From Anaerolineales bacterium (lineage in GTDB: Bacteria; Chloroflexota; Anaerolineae; Anaerolineales; Villigracilaceae), in the NCBI GenBank assembly GCA_034434255.1, contig DAOTZT010000109.1, forward strand, positions 1-50,445: a stretch of 50,445 nucleotides of DNA, in the 5' to 3' direction. The stretch's first letter is position 1, and each line of letters opens with the position of its first letter. The notes below the pieces were generated by a model. It saw nothing but the letters and a program-made list of their open reading frames with translations. It searched no databases and was not told where the DNA came from. This document shows positions 7,201 through 18,016 of the stretch, piece after piece. The position numbers were made by a program, and so were the translations under genes.

Positions 7201-8241
7201 CTAATGATGCTCTTCATGGCCGTGCGCCACGGTCGCCCCGCTGAGGAAGATGGTCGCCAGCAGGAAGAACACGTAGGCCTGAATGATGCCAAAGAAGACC
7301 TCGAACAGATACAAACCGGCCGGGACGGCAACCGCCGTCAACGCGCCGATGATGGACAGAAGCAAGGCTCCCGCAAAGATGTTGCCAAATAGACGGAAGC
7401 CAAACGAGAGGATTTTGGCGAACTCGAGGATGATCTCGAGCAGGCCAACGCCAAAGTTGATGGCGCCAAACGGCCCGCCGTTGATGAGTTGCTTCACCTG
7501 GAAGAACTTCTCGAAATACTTCGGCCCCTGCGCCCAGACGCCATAGACCTGGGTCAGCAAGACCGTAATGACCGCCAGCGCAAAGGGGAAGTTGATGTCG
7601 GTCGCCGTGCCGCGCAGGAAGGGAACGACCTCGCAAGCCGTGCAGGGAGCGCCGCTGGCAGCATGCTCTTCGGTCGCGGCCGCATCGTGGGCGGCGGCTT
7701 CCACCGGCTGGCCCTTGTCAATCGTCCACAGGGTGAAATCGCCGATGTGTAAGAGCGCAACCGGAGCGTAGCCAGTGCCTTCATGCACCTGTTGCAGGCG
7801 ACCAATGCTTTCGAAGCCCGGCAACATCTTCACCATGTTGGCCGTGAAGATGAGCAGGAAAATCGTCGCCACCACTGGCATAATGCGCTTCGCCCACTTC
7901 CCCGCCGATCCTTCGACCGTGTTCCAAAGGAACTCAACAATCGCCTCGAAAGCATTGAGCAGGCCCTTTGGCGCGCCCTCGTTCTTGCGATAGAAGCGGT
8001 AGGCGGAAATGGCCAGAAGGATGAGGATAAGGTCTGCCAGTAACGTGGCGGCAATGGTGTTGGTGATCGGGAATCCCAACACCGTCAGGCCGGTCTCTTC
8101 TGGGGGCAGGACAACCACCGGGCTAATCGGCTTCAGGATGGAAGGTCCGATGAACGCCGCGTAGATGCCCAGGGCAAACAACCCCAGGATGAGAGTCGTC
8201 TTGATATGGAAACGCTTCTTGGGTTTTGCTTCGCTGCTCAC
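7201..8241 (-). CDS. atpB: F0F1 ATP synthase subunit a (long form)
   Basis: Subunit-a blocks TATDINFPFALA and SFGFRLFGNIFAG (essential Arg context). 346 aa with a ~50-60 aa extra loop. Confidence 0.9.
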   Translation of the reverse strand: MSSEAKPKKRFHIKTTLILGLFALGIYAAFIGPSILKPISPVVVLPPEETGLTVLGFPITNTIAATLLADLILILLAISAYRFYRKNEGAPKGLLNAFEAIVEFLWNTVEGSAGKWAKRIMPVVATIFLLIFTANMVKMLPGFESIGRLQQVHEGTGYAPVALLHIGDFTLWTIDKGQPVEAAAHDAAATEEHAASGAPCTACEVVPFLRGTATDINFPFALAVITVLLTQVYGVWAQGPKYFEKFFQVKQLINGGPFGAINFGVGLLEIILEFAKILSFGFRLFGNIFAGALLLSIIGALTAVAVPAGLYLFEVFFGIIQAYVFFLLATIFLSGATVAHGHEEHH

Positions 8242-8244
8242 CCG

Positions 8245-8541
8245 TCAATCCTCCTTTTCGTCAGATTGGATTTTGCTGGATGTCGTGGGTAGGGGCGGTA
8301 GACTTTGTACCGCCCGCATCGCCAGCCGGAATGTCAAAAAAAGAGAAAGCGGCCCAATTGCCACCACCAGAGCGATCAAAATGGCGTGACCGGTGCCGAA
8401 AAGTTTATCCAGCCACTGACCGCCGAAGACCGCGCCCAAAATCAGCACCAGGCTCAAGCCGGCAATCTGCGCCGCCAGGCTGCCCATTTGATTGAGGATG
8501 GGAGCAACAGAATACTTGGGACGTTCTTCAGGCTGGTTCAT
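8245..8541 (-). CDS. AtpZ/AtpI-like small membrane protein
   Basis: 98 aa with two TM helices, immediately upstream of atpB (3-nt gap). Confidence 0.65.
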   Translation of the reverse strand: MNQPEERPKYSVAPILNQMGSLAAQIAGLSLVLILGAVFGGQWLDKLFGTGHAILIALVVAIGPLSLFLTFRLAMRAVQSLPPLPTTSSKIQSDEKED

Positions 8542-8550
8542 AGCGACAAG

Positions 8551-8579
8551 ATTATATCAGAGGCAGGAAGAGGCGTCTA
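8551..8579 (-). promoter_or_regulatory. Candidate internal promoter for the atp genes (near-leaderless)
   Basis: Minus strand reads TAGACG (8574-8579, overlapping the nuoN stop), 17 nt, TATAAT (8551-8556), with TG two nt upstream. The atpZ ATG is 9 nt downstream and has no SD. Confidence 0.35.
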
Positions 8580-10013
8580 GAACAGGGCGGTCGCGGCCTG
8601 GGTAGCAAAGCCAAACCAGGGTCCAAATACGATGCCGAGCAGGAGGATGCCGACGACCAGGACGATCAGGGCGGCGGTCACAGGGCGAGACACGGGAACC
8701 GGGTGCTGCTCTTCGTCCTGATTCTCCATCCGGTACAGGTAAATGTACTTGAGCACGTTCAGGTAGTAGTACAGGCCGACGATGGAATTGAGCACGCCGA
8801 CAAAGGCCAGCCACACCCACCCCGACTGAACAGCCGATACGAAGACAAACACTTTGGCCACAAAGCCGGCAAAAGGCGGCATACCAGCCAGGGAAAGGAA
8901 AGCCACCAGGGCCGCCAGCGACAAGCCGGCATTGCGGCGGCTAAGGCCGTAATAGGCTGGAAATTCTTCCGAGCCGGTGACACGCCCGACAATCGAGACG
9001 ACGCCAAAGGCCAGCAAGTTGGTCAGGACGTAGGCAATCAAGTAGAAAATCACGCTGGGCAGGCCCCAGCCCATGAAAGCGACCACGCCCACCAGGGCAT
9101 AGCCGGCATGCGCAATCGAAGAGTAGGCCAGCAGGCGCTTGACGTTCTTCTGGGCCAGCGCGATGAGGTTACCGACCGTCATCGTCAGAGTAGCGAGGAT
9201 GGCCAGGATGAAACTCCAATCGGCGCTCACCCAAATAAACGTGGCCGAGAGCAAACGGATAAGGACGGCGAAGCCGGCGGCTTTGGAAGCCGTGGAAAGG
9301 AAGCCAGCAATCGGCGTCGGCGCGCCTTCGTACACATCGGGCGCCCAGAAGTGGAAGGGGAAGAGAGAGATTTTGAATGCGAGCCCCGCCAGAATCAGGA
9401 AGGTGATGCTAATGGAAATGAGAGTGAAGTTGCTGAAGTAGAGGCTCAAATCGTACAGGTTGGTCTTGCCCGTCAGACCATAGATCAGGCTGAAGCCATA
9501 GAGCAAAATCGCCGAGGTCAGCGCGCCGAAAAGCAGGTACTTGAAACCGGCCTCGGTGGATTTGTCATCGTTGCGCAAGAAACCGGCCAGGATGTAGAGG
9601 GGAATGGAAGTGGTCTCAATGGCCAGGTAGAGCATCACCAGGTCAGCGGCAGAGGCCATGAGGCACATGCCCAGCGTGGCAGCGAGGAGCAGCACATATG
9701 CCTCGGCGCGCCGGGCCAGTTTTTCTTCGTCCATGAAAAAGAGCGCAGTCACCGCCGCGGCGAAGAGGAAGAACATTTTGAACAGGAACCCCATGCCATC
9801 GAAGCGGACCATGCCTCCAAAGAGGAGGACAGGCGCAGCCGGGCGGGCGAAGAGCAGGCTCATGGTCAGGGCAACGAGCAGCCCGGCCGCAGTCACCCAG
9901 CCCAGGAAGGGGCGGCGGGCAGTTTCTTTCTTGAAGAAGGGGTCAAGAATCAGGATCAGGACACCCAGCGCCAGGAGTAAAACTTCAGGAAGAATGGATA
10001 GAAGGTTGGTCAT
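8577..10013 (-). CDS. nuoN: NADH-quinone oxidoreductase subunit N
   Basis: 478 aa with LYLAIETTSIPLY, FKISLFPFHFWAPDVYEGAPTP and KRLLAYSSIAHAGY. Confidence 0.92.
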   Translation of the reverse strand: MTNLLSILPEVLLLALGVLILILDPFFKKETARRPFLGWVTAAGLLVALTMSLLFARPAAPVLLFGGMVRFDGMGFLFKMFFLFAAAVTALFFMDEEKLARRAEAYVLLLAATLGMCLMASAADLVMLYLAIETTSIPLYILAGFLRNDDKSTEAGFKYLLFGALTSAILLYGFSLIYGLTGKTNLYDLSLYFSNFTLISISITFLILAGLAFKISLFPFHFWAPDVYEGAPTPIAGFLSTASKAAGFAVLIRLLSATFIWVSADWSFILAILATLTMTVGNLIALAQKNVKRLLAYSSIAHAGYALVGVVAFMGWGLPSVIFYLIAYVLTNLLAFGVVSIVGRVTGSEEFPAYYGLSRRNAGLSLAALVAFLSLAGMPPFAGFVAKVFVFVSAVQSGWVWLAFVGVLNSIVGLYYYLNVLKYIYLYRMENQDEEQHPVPVSRPVTAALIVLVVGILLLGIVFGPWFGFATQAATALF

Positions 10014-11489
10014 TTATGCACCTCCCAGCAGGGCCAGGATACGGTCAACACCCGTTTGCACCCACGGCACCATCAGCGCCGGGAAAAGACCAATGCCAAT
10101 CATGAACGCCATGAGCAGAACCAGGGCGATTTTATCGAAGACGTTGATGGGAGAAATATGTCCTTCAAACTCGGCAGGCATTGCGCCAAAGAAGACTTTG
10201 CGGGCAACCAGCAAAACGTAGGAGGCCGTCACCACGATCGAAACGGCGGCAATGATAGCCATCCACCAGCGTTCGGTGCCCCAGATGCCGCGGAAGATGG
10301 GGAATTCGGCAATGAAACCAGAGAAGCCGGGCATGCCCATCGAGACCAGGCTGCCAACGATGAGACCAATGGCCGGTAACGGCAAAGGCTTGACCATCCC
10401 GCCCAGTTTGGGGATTTCGCGCGTGTGCGCCCGGTCATAGACCATGCCCACGACAGCAAAGAAGAGAGCCGTCATCACGCCGTGCGAGAACATTTGCAGG
10501 CCAGCCCCAATCATCCCATCGCGGTTGAGGGTGGCAAAGCCCATCGCCACCAGGCCCATATGCGAGACAGAAGAGAAACCGATGACGTATTTGAAGTCAG
10601 TTTGCACAGAAGCGATGAAGGCGCCATAGACGATGTTGACGAGCGCCAGCGACATGATGAGCGGCGACCAGAACTTCGCGCCCTCGGGCAGGAGCATGAT
10701 GCCCACCCGCAGGGCCGCAAAGGCACCGAGTTTCATCAGCACGCCTGCATGGAACATCGAGACCGCGGTTGGCGCAGCCACGTGACCATCAGGCGACCAG
10801 TTGTGGAAGGGGAAGATACCGCCCAACACAGCGAAGCCCAGGAAGACCGGCAGGAACCAGGTTTTTTGAAATTCTGGCGTGAACTGGGCTGTTGCGAGCA
10901 CCAGCATATCAAAGGTGTGCTGGCCACTGGTAAAGTACATCACCAAAGCGCCAATCAGCGAAATGACCGACCCTACAAAGAGGTAGAGGGTCAGTTTCAT
11001 TGCTGCGTATTCGCGCGTCCTGACCCATCCCCAGATGGCAATCAAAAGGTACATGGGGAAAACGGCGATTTCGTAGAAGAAGAACAGCATGAAGAGGTCA
11101 AGCGAAGCAAAGACGCCAAATACACCCGATGCCAGGATGAAGAGGAAGGCAAAGAACTCGCGCGGGCGGTCTTCAATGCCCCAGGAAATGAGCACGCCAG
11201 TAAACATCACCACACCAGTCAGCAGGATGAGGGGGACAGACATGCCGTCCACCCCAAAGTGCAGGCTGATTCCCAGCATGGGCATCCAGTCGTATTTTTC
11301 GATGAACTGGTAACCGCCAGCGGCCTTGTCGTAAGCGAAATACACCCAGAAGGAAAGTACCAGCGCCACCAGACCGGCAGCCAGGGCCGTCCAGCGAATG
11401 GCCTTTTTCCACTCTGGTTTGTAGAGCAAAATCACCAGCGCAACGGCTGCAGGAAGGAAAACGATTACGCTCAAAAACGGAAATTGCAT
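10014..11489 (-). CDS. nuoM: NADH-quinone oxidoreductase subunit M (copy adjacent to nuoN, divergent)
   Basis: 491 aa with FFFYEIAVFPMYLLIAIWG, FPFHNWSPDGHVAAPTAVSMFHAGVLMKLG and FSSVSHMG. Confidence 0.9.
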   Translation of the reverse strand: MQFPFLSVIVFLPAAVALVILLYKPEWKKAIRWTALAAGLVALVLSFWVYFAYDKAAGGYQFIEKYDWMPMLGISLHFGVDGMSVPLILLTGVVMFTGVLISWGIEDRPREFFAFLFILASGVFGVFASLDLFMLFFFYEIAVFPMYLLIAIWGWVRTREYAAMKLTLYLFVGSVISLIGALVMYFTSGQHTFDMLVLATAQFTPEFQKTWFLPVFLGFAVLGGIFPFHNWSPDGHVAAPTAVSMFHAGVLMKLGAFAALRVGIMLLPEGAKFWSPLIMSLALVNIVYGAFIASVQTDFKYVIGFSSVSHMGLVAMGFATLNRDGMIGAGLQMFSHGVMTALFFAVVGMVYDRAHTREIPKLGGMVKPLPLPAIGLIVGSLVSMGMPGFSGFIAEFPIFRGIWGTERWWMAIIAAVSIVVTASYVLLVARKVFFGAMPAEFEGHISPINVFDKIALVLLMAFMIGIGLFPALMVPWVQTGVDRILALLGGA

Positions 11490-11521
11490 GCGTCACCTCA
11501 AGAGGAAGAGAACAGAGAGGA

Positions 11522-11580
11522 GTGAGAAGTGAAAAGTGAGAAGTGAGAAGTGAAAAGTGAAAAGTGAAAAGTGAAAAGTG
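11522..11580. repeat. Tandem heptamer GTGARAA x8.4 between the two nuoM genes
   Basis: gtgagaa/gtgaaaa units read directly. On the transcribed (minus) strand this is TTYTCAC x8, inside an approximately 100-nt pyrimidine-rich spacer. Confidence 0.9.
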
Positions 11581-11589
11581 CCCTGTTCT

Positions 11590-13146
11590 CTAGAATAGCA
11601 TCATAACTGCTTTGTTGATGATCTCCAGAATCCAGGCCGGATAGACGCCGATAACCAGGATGAGGACCATCAGCGGCGCCATGACGACGATTTCACGCGG
11701 GGAGATTTCGGTCAATTTGTGCTCCCCATGTGCCCAATGCTCATTCAAGGGACCATGCAGCACTTGCTTGATTCCTTTGAGGATGTAAGCACCGGTGAAG
11801 AGCAGGCCAATCATGGCAATTGCCGTGTAAACGGTCAAGATGGGCCAGGAACCTCGCACCACCAGGAACTCGGAGACGAAGCCGTTCAAACCAGGCAGGC
11901 CCAGCGAGGCCATGCTGGTGAAGATGAGAATACCACCATAGACCGGCACAAGCGGGAACAGGCCGCCGAAGTCATCCAGGTTGCGGGTGTGCGTGCGTTC
12001 GTAGAGGACGCCCACCAGGAAGAACATGCCCGCCGCCGAGAGGCCATGATTGAACATCTGCAAGACCGCGCCATTGAGGGCGATGTTGGCATCGAGCGTG
12101 CCAGCCGCTTTGGCCGCTGCGGCAATGCCCAGGACAACAAACCCCATGTGGTTGACAGAGGAATACGCCACCAGCCGCTTGAAATCCTTCTGGCCATAGG
12201 AGGCAAACGCCCCGAAGACGATCGCCATCACCGCCAGGAAGGCCAGCGCCCCGGCGTATTTCGCCGATTCCGCCGGGTAGAGCGGCAGGACCAGGCGCAG
12301 GAAGCCGTAGGCGCCCAGTTTCAGCAGCACGCCCGCCAGAATCATCGAGCCGGCAGTCGGCGCTTCGGTGTGGGCGTCGGGCAGCCAGGTGTGGAACGGC
12401 CAGACCGGGACCTTAATTGCAAAGGCAATCACAAAGGCCCAAAATGCCACGGTTTTGACGGTCGCCACCGGCAACCCAAGCAGAGTGCCCTCCAGGGCAG
12501 TCCACTTCCCGGTCAGGGTTGGCAGGTCATAGGTCTGGAAGAGGACGCCCAGGAGTTGAATCGCCAGCAGCAAGCCGAGCGAACCGGCCATGGTGTAAAT
12601 CATGAACTTGAGCGAAGCGTAATTGCGGGCCTGCACCACGGCGCCTTTCCACATTTCACGATCGCCCTTCTCACTGCCCCACTGGTTGATGAGGAAATAC
12701 ATCGGAACGAGGCCAACTTCCCAGAAAACGAAGAAGATGAGCAAGTCCAGCGCCAGAAAGACGCCGAGCATGCCCGTTTCGAGGGCCAGGAAGAGGAACA
12801 TGTAGGCGCGTAAACGGTCGCTGATATTGAAAGAAGCCAGGATGGCGATGGGCGTCAGCAACGTGGTGAGCAGGACCATCGTCAGCGAGAGGCCGTCCAC
12901 GCCCAGGTGGAGGGTGGAATTGAGCGCTGCGTACCAGGTGTATTGGACCTCGAACTGGAAACCGCTTTTGGCCGGATCAAACAGGATCCACAGGTACACG
13001 CTCAGCGCAAACGGCACCAGACTGAGGCCAAAGGCCGTCCAGCGGATGAGGGACAGTTTGCCCTTCGGCAGCAAGAGGACAATGACGGCTGCCAGCAAGG
13101 GGAAGAACAAGATCAGGGTCAGGAGATGTTGATTGAGAAAAGTCAT
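11590..13146 (-). CDS. nuoM: NADH-quinone oxidoreductase subunit M (canonical-looking copy)
   Basis: 518 aa with FFVFWEVGLVPMYFLI, FHTWLPDAHTEAPTAGSMILAGVLLKLGAYG and AYSSVNHMGF. Confidence 0.9.
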   Translation of the reverse strand: MTFLNQHLLTLILFFPLLAAVIVLLLPKGKLSLIRWTAFGLSLVPFALSVYLWILFDPAKSGFQFEVQYTWYAALNSTLHLGVDGLSLTMVLLTTLLTPIAILASFNISDRLRAYMFLFLALETGMLGVFLALDLLIFFVFWEVGLVPMYFLINQWGSEKGDREMWKGAVVQARNYASLKFMIYTMAGSLGLLLAIQLLGVLFQTYDLPTLTGKWTALEGTLLGLPVATVKTVAFWAFVIAFAIKVPVWPFHTWLPDAHTEAPTAGSMILAGVLLKLGAYGFLRLVLPLYPAESAKYAGALAFLAVMAIVFGAFASYGQKDFKRLVAYSSVNHMGFVVLGIAAAAKAAGTLDANIALNGAVLQMFNHGLSAAGMFFLVGVLYERTHTRNLDDFGGLFPLVPVYGGILIFTSMASLGLPGLNGFVSEFLVVRGSWPILTVYTAIAMIGLLFTGAYILKGIKQVLHGPLNEHWAHGEHKLTEISPREIVVMAPLMVLILVIGVYPAWILEIINKAVMMLF

Positions 13147-13161
13147 GGGGTTGCTCCTGTC

Positions 13162-15345
<2,184 letters not shown>

Positions 15346-15356
15346 GCAGCCTCCAA

Positions 15357-15378
15357 AACGTTCAAACGTTTGAACGTT
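15357..15378. repeat. Perfect 22-bp palindrome in the nuoL-nuoK spacer
   Basis: aacgttcaaacgtttgaacgtt equals its own reverse complement. It can also be read as AACGTTYN octamers. Confidence 0.85.
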
Positions 15379-15385
15379 TCCTCAG

Positions 15386-15697
15386 TTACCACTTCATCAA
15401 ATCAATTTCATCCGCCACAACCGTCTTGCGGCGGCGATAGACCGAGATAATCAGCGCCAGGCCGACGGCCACTTCTGCCGCAGCGACGGCAAAGACGATG
15501 ACCGCAAAAGCCTGACCGGCCATTTGAGCCGGGTCGAGGTAGCGCCAGAACGCCACCAGGTTGATGTTGACAGCATTGAGCATCAGTTCGACGCCGAGCA
15601 GGATGGCAATGGCATTTTTGCGCACCAGTACGCCATACAGACCAATGCAAAAGAGCGCCGCTGCCAAAACGAGATACCAGGAAAGAGGAATGCTCAT
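15386..15697 (-). CDS. nuoK: NADH-quinone oxidoreductase subunit K
   Basis: 103 aa with LGVELMLNAVNINLVAF and AAAEVAVGLALI. Confidence 0.92.
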   Translation of the reverse strand: MSIPLSWYLVLAAALFCIGLYGVLVRKNAIAILLGVELMLNAVNINLVAFWRYLDPAQMAGQAFAVIVFAVAAAEVAVGLALIISVYRRRKTVVADEIDLMKW

Positions 15698-15707
15698 GGG
15701 CAGTCTC

Positions 15708-16223
15708 CTACGATTTTTTGTTCACGCCAGCCAGATAAACCGCCCCGATGAGGGCCGCCAGCAACAGGACCGAGGCGACCTCGAAGGGGAGAACGTAGCC
15801 CTGCGGGGAGACGAGCGCCGTCCCCAGCGCCGCGACCAGGTCGGTGTCGGTGGGCAGGGCAGCCGGCGTCCGGTTCACGTTCGGGACGGACAGGAGGGCA
15901 GAGAGCAGGCCGACAAAAATCGCCAGCCCTAACAGGGCAGCCACCCACCAGTTGAAACGCGTCTGGCCGGGGCGGTCGCGCAGGTCCCGACGGGTGAGCA
16001 TATCGGCGAAAATGAACAGGATGGCAATGGCCCCAATGTAAACGACCAGTTGCACCACCGCCAGGAAATTGGCCTGTAAGATGGCATACAGCACCGCCAC
16101 GCCAAACAGCACCAACACCAGCCACAAGGCGGCATGCAGGAGTTTGCGGACGGTCACCACCATCAACGCGGCAATCAGGATGACCGCAGCAGTAAGGAGG
16201 AAGAAGATTTGTTCAGCCGTCAT
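15708..16223 (-). CDS. nuoJ: NADH-quinone oxidoreductase subunit J
   Basis: 171 aa with VVQLVVYIGAIAILFIF, positioned between nuoH and nuoK. Confidence 0.88.
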   Translation of the reverse strand: MTAEQIFFLLTAAVILIAALMVVTVRKLLHAALWLVLVLFGVAVLYAILQANFLAVVQLVVYIGAIAILFIFADMLTRRDLRDRPGQTRFNWWVAALLGLAIFVGLLSALLSVPNVNRTPAALPTDTDLVAALGTALVSPQGYVLPFEVASVLLLAALIGAVYLAGVNKKS

Positions 16224-16232
16224 GTCTTACTC

Positions 16233-17450
16233 CTAATTCTCTACCGGTTGCGGGGAAAGTCGTTGTTCCGCCAGACGTTGCCTGCGGCCATAGGAGCGCA
16301 AAATCTCAATCGTGGCCGTGATGATGACAATGTTGGCTACGAACATGCCGAGTGCATACTGCCAGGTGGGCAGAACAACGAGAATCTTGTGCAAAATTGC
16401 CGTCGCCGCCAGCAGGATCAGCGAAAGGGGAACGAGGAATTTCCAGTTGAACGCCAGCATATGGTCAATGCGGATACGCGGCATGGAGTACTTGACCCAC
16501 ATGATGACCCAGTACCCCAACATGGCCTTCAGGATGAAGAAAAACGCCTGGACCAAGGGGAGGTTCAACCAGGCAAAAGCGGGCAGTTTTTCGAGGCCAA
16601 AGAAGCCAGCATAGCCACCGAAGAAGAGGATGGCAGCGAAACCGCCAAAGGTGAAGGCGTGAAGCAATTCGCCCGCGTAAAACCAGCCGAATTTCATACC
16701 GGTATATTCGATGTGGAAGCCAGCCACAATTTCGGACTCGGCTTCGTTCAGGTCGAACGGTGAGCGACCCAATTCGGCGATAGCGCTAATCATGAAAATA
16801 ATCAGCCCGAGCGGCGAGAGGAGAGCGAACCAGATGTCGCGCTGCGCTTCGGTGATGCCGATAACGCTCATCGTACCGGCCAGGATGGTGGGGATGAGCA
16901 GGACAATCACCATCGGGATTTCATAGGCCACCATGTTCGCCACCATGCGGAAAGCGCCCAGCAAGGCATACTTGTTGTTCGACGCCCAGCCGGCCATGAT
17001 AACCGCCAGCGTGCCAAGCGCCCCCATAGCCACCACGTAGAGCAGACCAACGTTCAGGTCCACGCCGTAAATGTTGGCTGCCAGGGGCAAAATCGCCCAC
17101 AGCATGATGACGGATGCCGCCGAAAGAACCGGAGCGATGTTGTAAAGCACTTTATCAGCGCCGGCTGGGGTGATGTCCTCTTTAATGACCATTTTGATAA
17201 TGTCCGCAAATGGCTGAATCAGGCCAAACGGGCCGAGACGGTTGGGGCCGAGGCGGTCCTGGAAGCGAGCCACCACTTTCCGCTCCACCCACACCAGGCC
17301 AATATCGAGGACCATTGCAAAGACAACCAGGACGGTGATGCCCACCAGATAGACCAGGACAGTCGCCCATCCAGCCGGAAGCCCCCAGCCGGTCAGAACG
17401 CCATTCAGCCAGTCTGCAAGAAAGTTGATAGGATCGTTCCAAAATGACAT
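16233..17450 (-). CDS. nuoH: NADH-quinone oxidoreductase subunit H
   Basis: Contains VERKVVARFQDRLGPNRLGPFGLIQPFAD and GRSPFDLNEAESEIVAGFHIEY. ATG at 17450 is preceded by AGGAGAG. Confidence 0.92.
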   Translation of the reverse strand: MSFWNDPINFLADWLNGVLTGWGLPAGWATVLVYLVGITVLVVFAMVLDIGLVWVERKVVARFQDRLGPNRLGPFGLIQPFADIIKMVIKEDITPAGADKVLYNIAPVLSAASVIMLWAILPLAANIYGVDLNVGLLYVVAMGALGTLAVIMAGWASNNKYALLGAFRMVANMVAYEIPMVIVLLIPTILAGTMSVIGITEAQRDIWFALLSPLGLIIFMISAIAELGRSPFDLNEAESEIVAGFHIEYTGMKFGWFYAGELLHAFTFGGFAAILFFGGYAGFFGLEKLPAFAWLNLPLVQAFFFILKAMLGYWVIMWVKYSMPRIRIDHMLAFNWKFLVPLSLILLAATAILHKILVVLPTWQYALGMFVANIVIITATIEILRSYGRRQRLAEQRLSPQPVEN

Positions 17451-17471
17451 AAGTCTCTCCTGACACAATGA

Positions 17472-17499
17472 ACAGGCTGAAAGTCACCTTTCAGCCTGT
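17472..17499 (-). other. Perfect 12-bp intercistronic hairpin between nuoA and nuoH
   Basis: Stem acaggctgaaag (17472-17483) / ctttcagcctgt (17488-17499) with loop tcac. No T-tract follows on the transcribed strand. Confidence 0.6.
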
Positions 17500-17518
17500 A
17501 CAGTTCACCCTTGGGAAA

Positions 17519-17875
17519 TCAAACCCACTCCAACATGCCCTTACGCCAGGCATAGACCAGGCCCACAACCAGGATCCCAATAAAAAGCAGCCCTTCCAGC
17601 ACTGCGAAGAGGGGCAAGAGATTCAAGGACAAAGCCCAGGGGAAAAGGAAAACAGTCTCGACATCGAAAACGAGGAAGACGAGAGCAAAAATATAGTACT
17701 GGGCTTTGAACTGCACCCAGGTGTCTCCCACAGTTTCGATACCGCACTCATAGGTGCTTTGCTTGATCGGATTTGGTTTGCGGGGAGAGATAAATCTGGC
17801 GATGAGCAAGGGAACAATTGGAACAACAATACCGATGATCAAAAACAGGCCAACGTAAAGCCATTCGTTTTGCAT
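17519..17875 (-). CDS. nuoA: NADH-quinone oxidoreductase subunit A
   Basis: 118 aa with YECGIE and FLVFDVETVFLFPWA. Confidence 0.9.
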   Translation of the reverse strand: MQNEWLYVGLFLIIGIVVPIVPLLIARFISPRKPNPIKQSTYECGIETVGDTWVQFKAQYYIFALVFLVFDVETVFLFPWALSLNLLPLFAVLEGLLFIGILVVGLVYAWRKGMLEWV

Positions 17876-17925
17876 GGGTGCTCCAGAGATAAGGATAAAT
17901 TGTCATACAAGCGCATGACGAGCAC

Positions 17926-17954
17926 ATTTTACCATAAAGGATAGATTTCACGAA
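17926..17954 (-). promoter_or_regulatory. Candidate promoter of the nuo cluster
   Basis: Minus strand reads TTCGTG (17949-17954), 17 nt, then TGgTAAAAT (extended -10; TAAAAT at 17926-17931). It sits in the only AT-rich island of this region. Confidence 0.35.
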
Positions 17955-18016
17955 CGCGATGAACTAAAATTTAATATAAGTTGCATTGCAAAAAGGGCAT
18001 CTGGCAGGAGATCGAC

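Noticed and set aside
11522-11580. Whether the tandem arrays (also 24155-24247, 27064-27140, 48133-48219) could be CRISPR arrays.
   Set aside because: The units are 7-10 bp and directly abutting, with no unique spacers, and there are no cas genes in the window.
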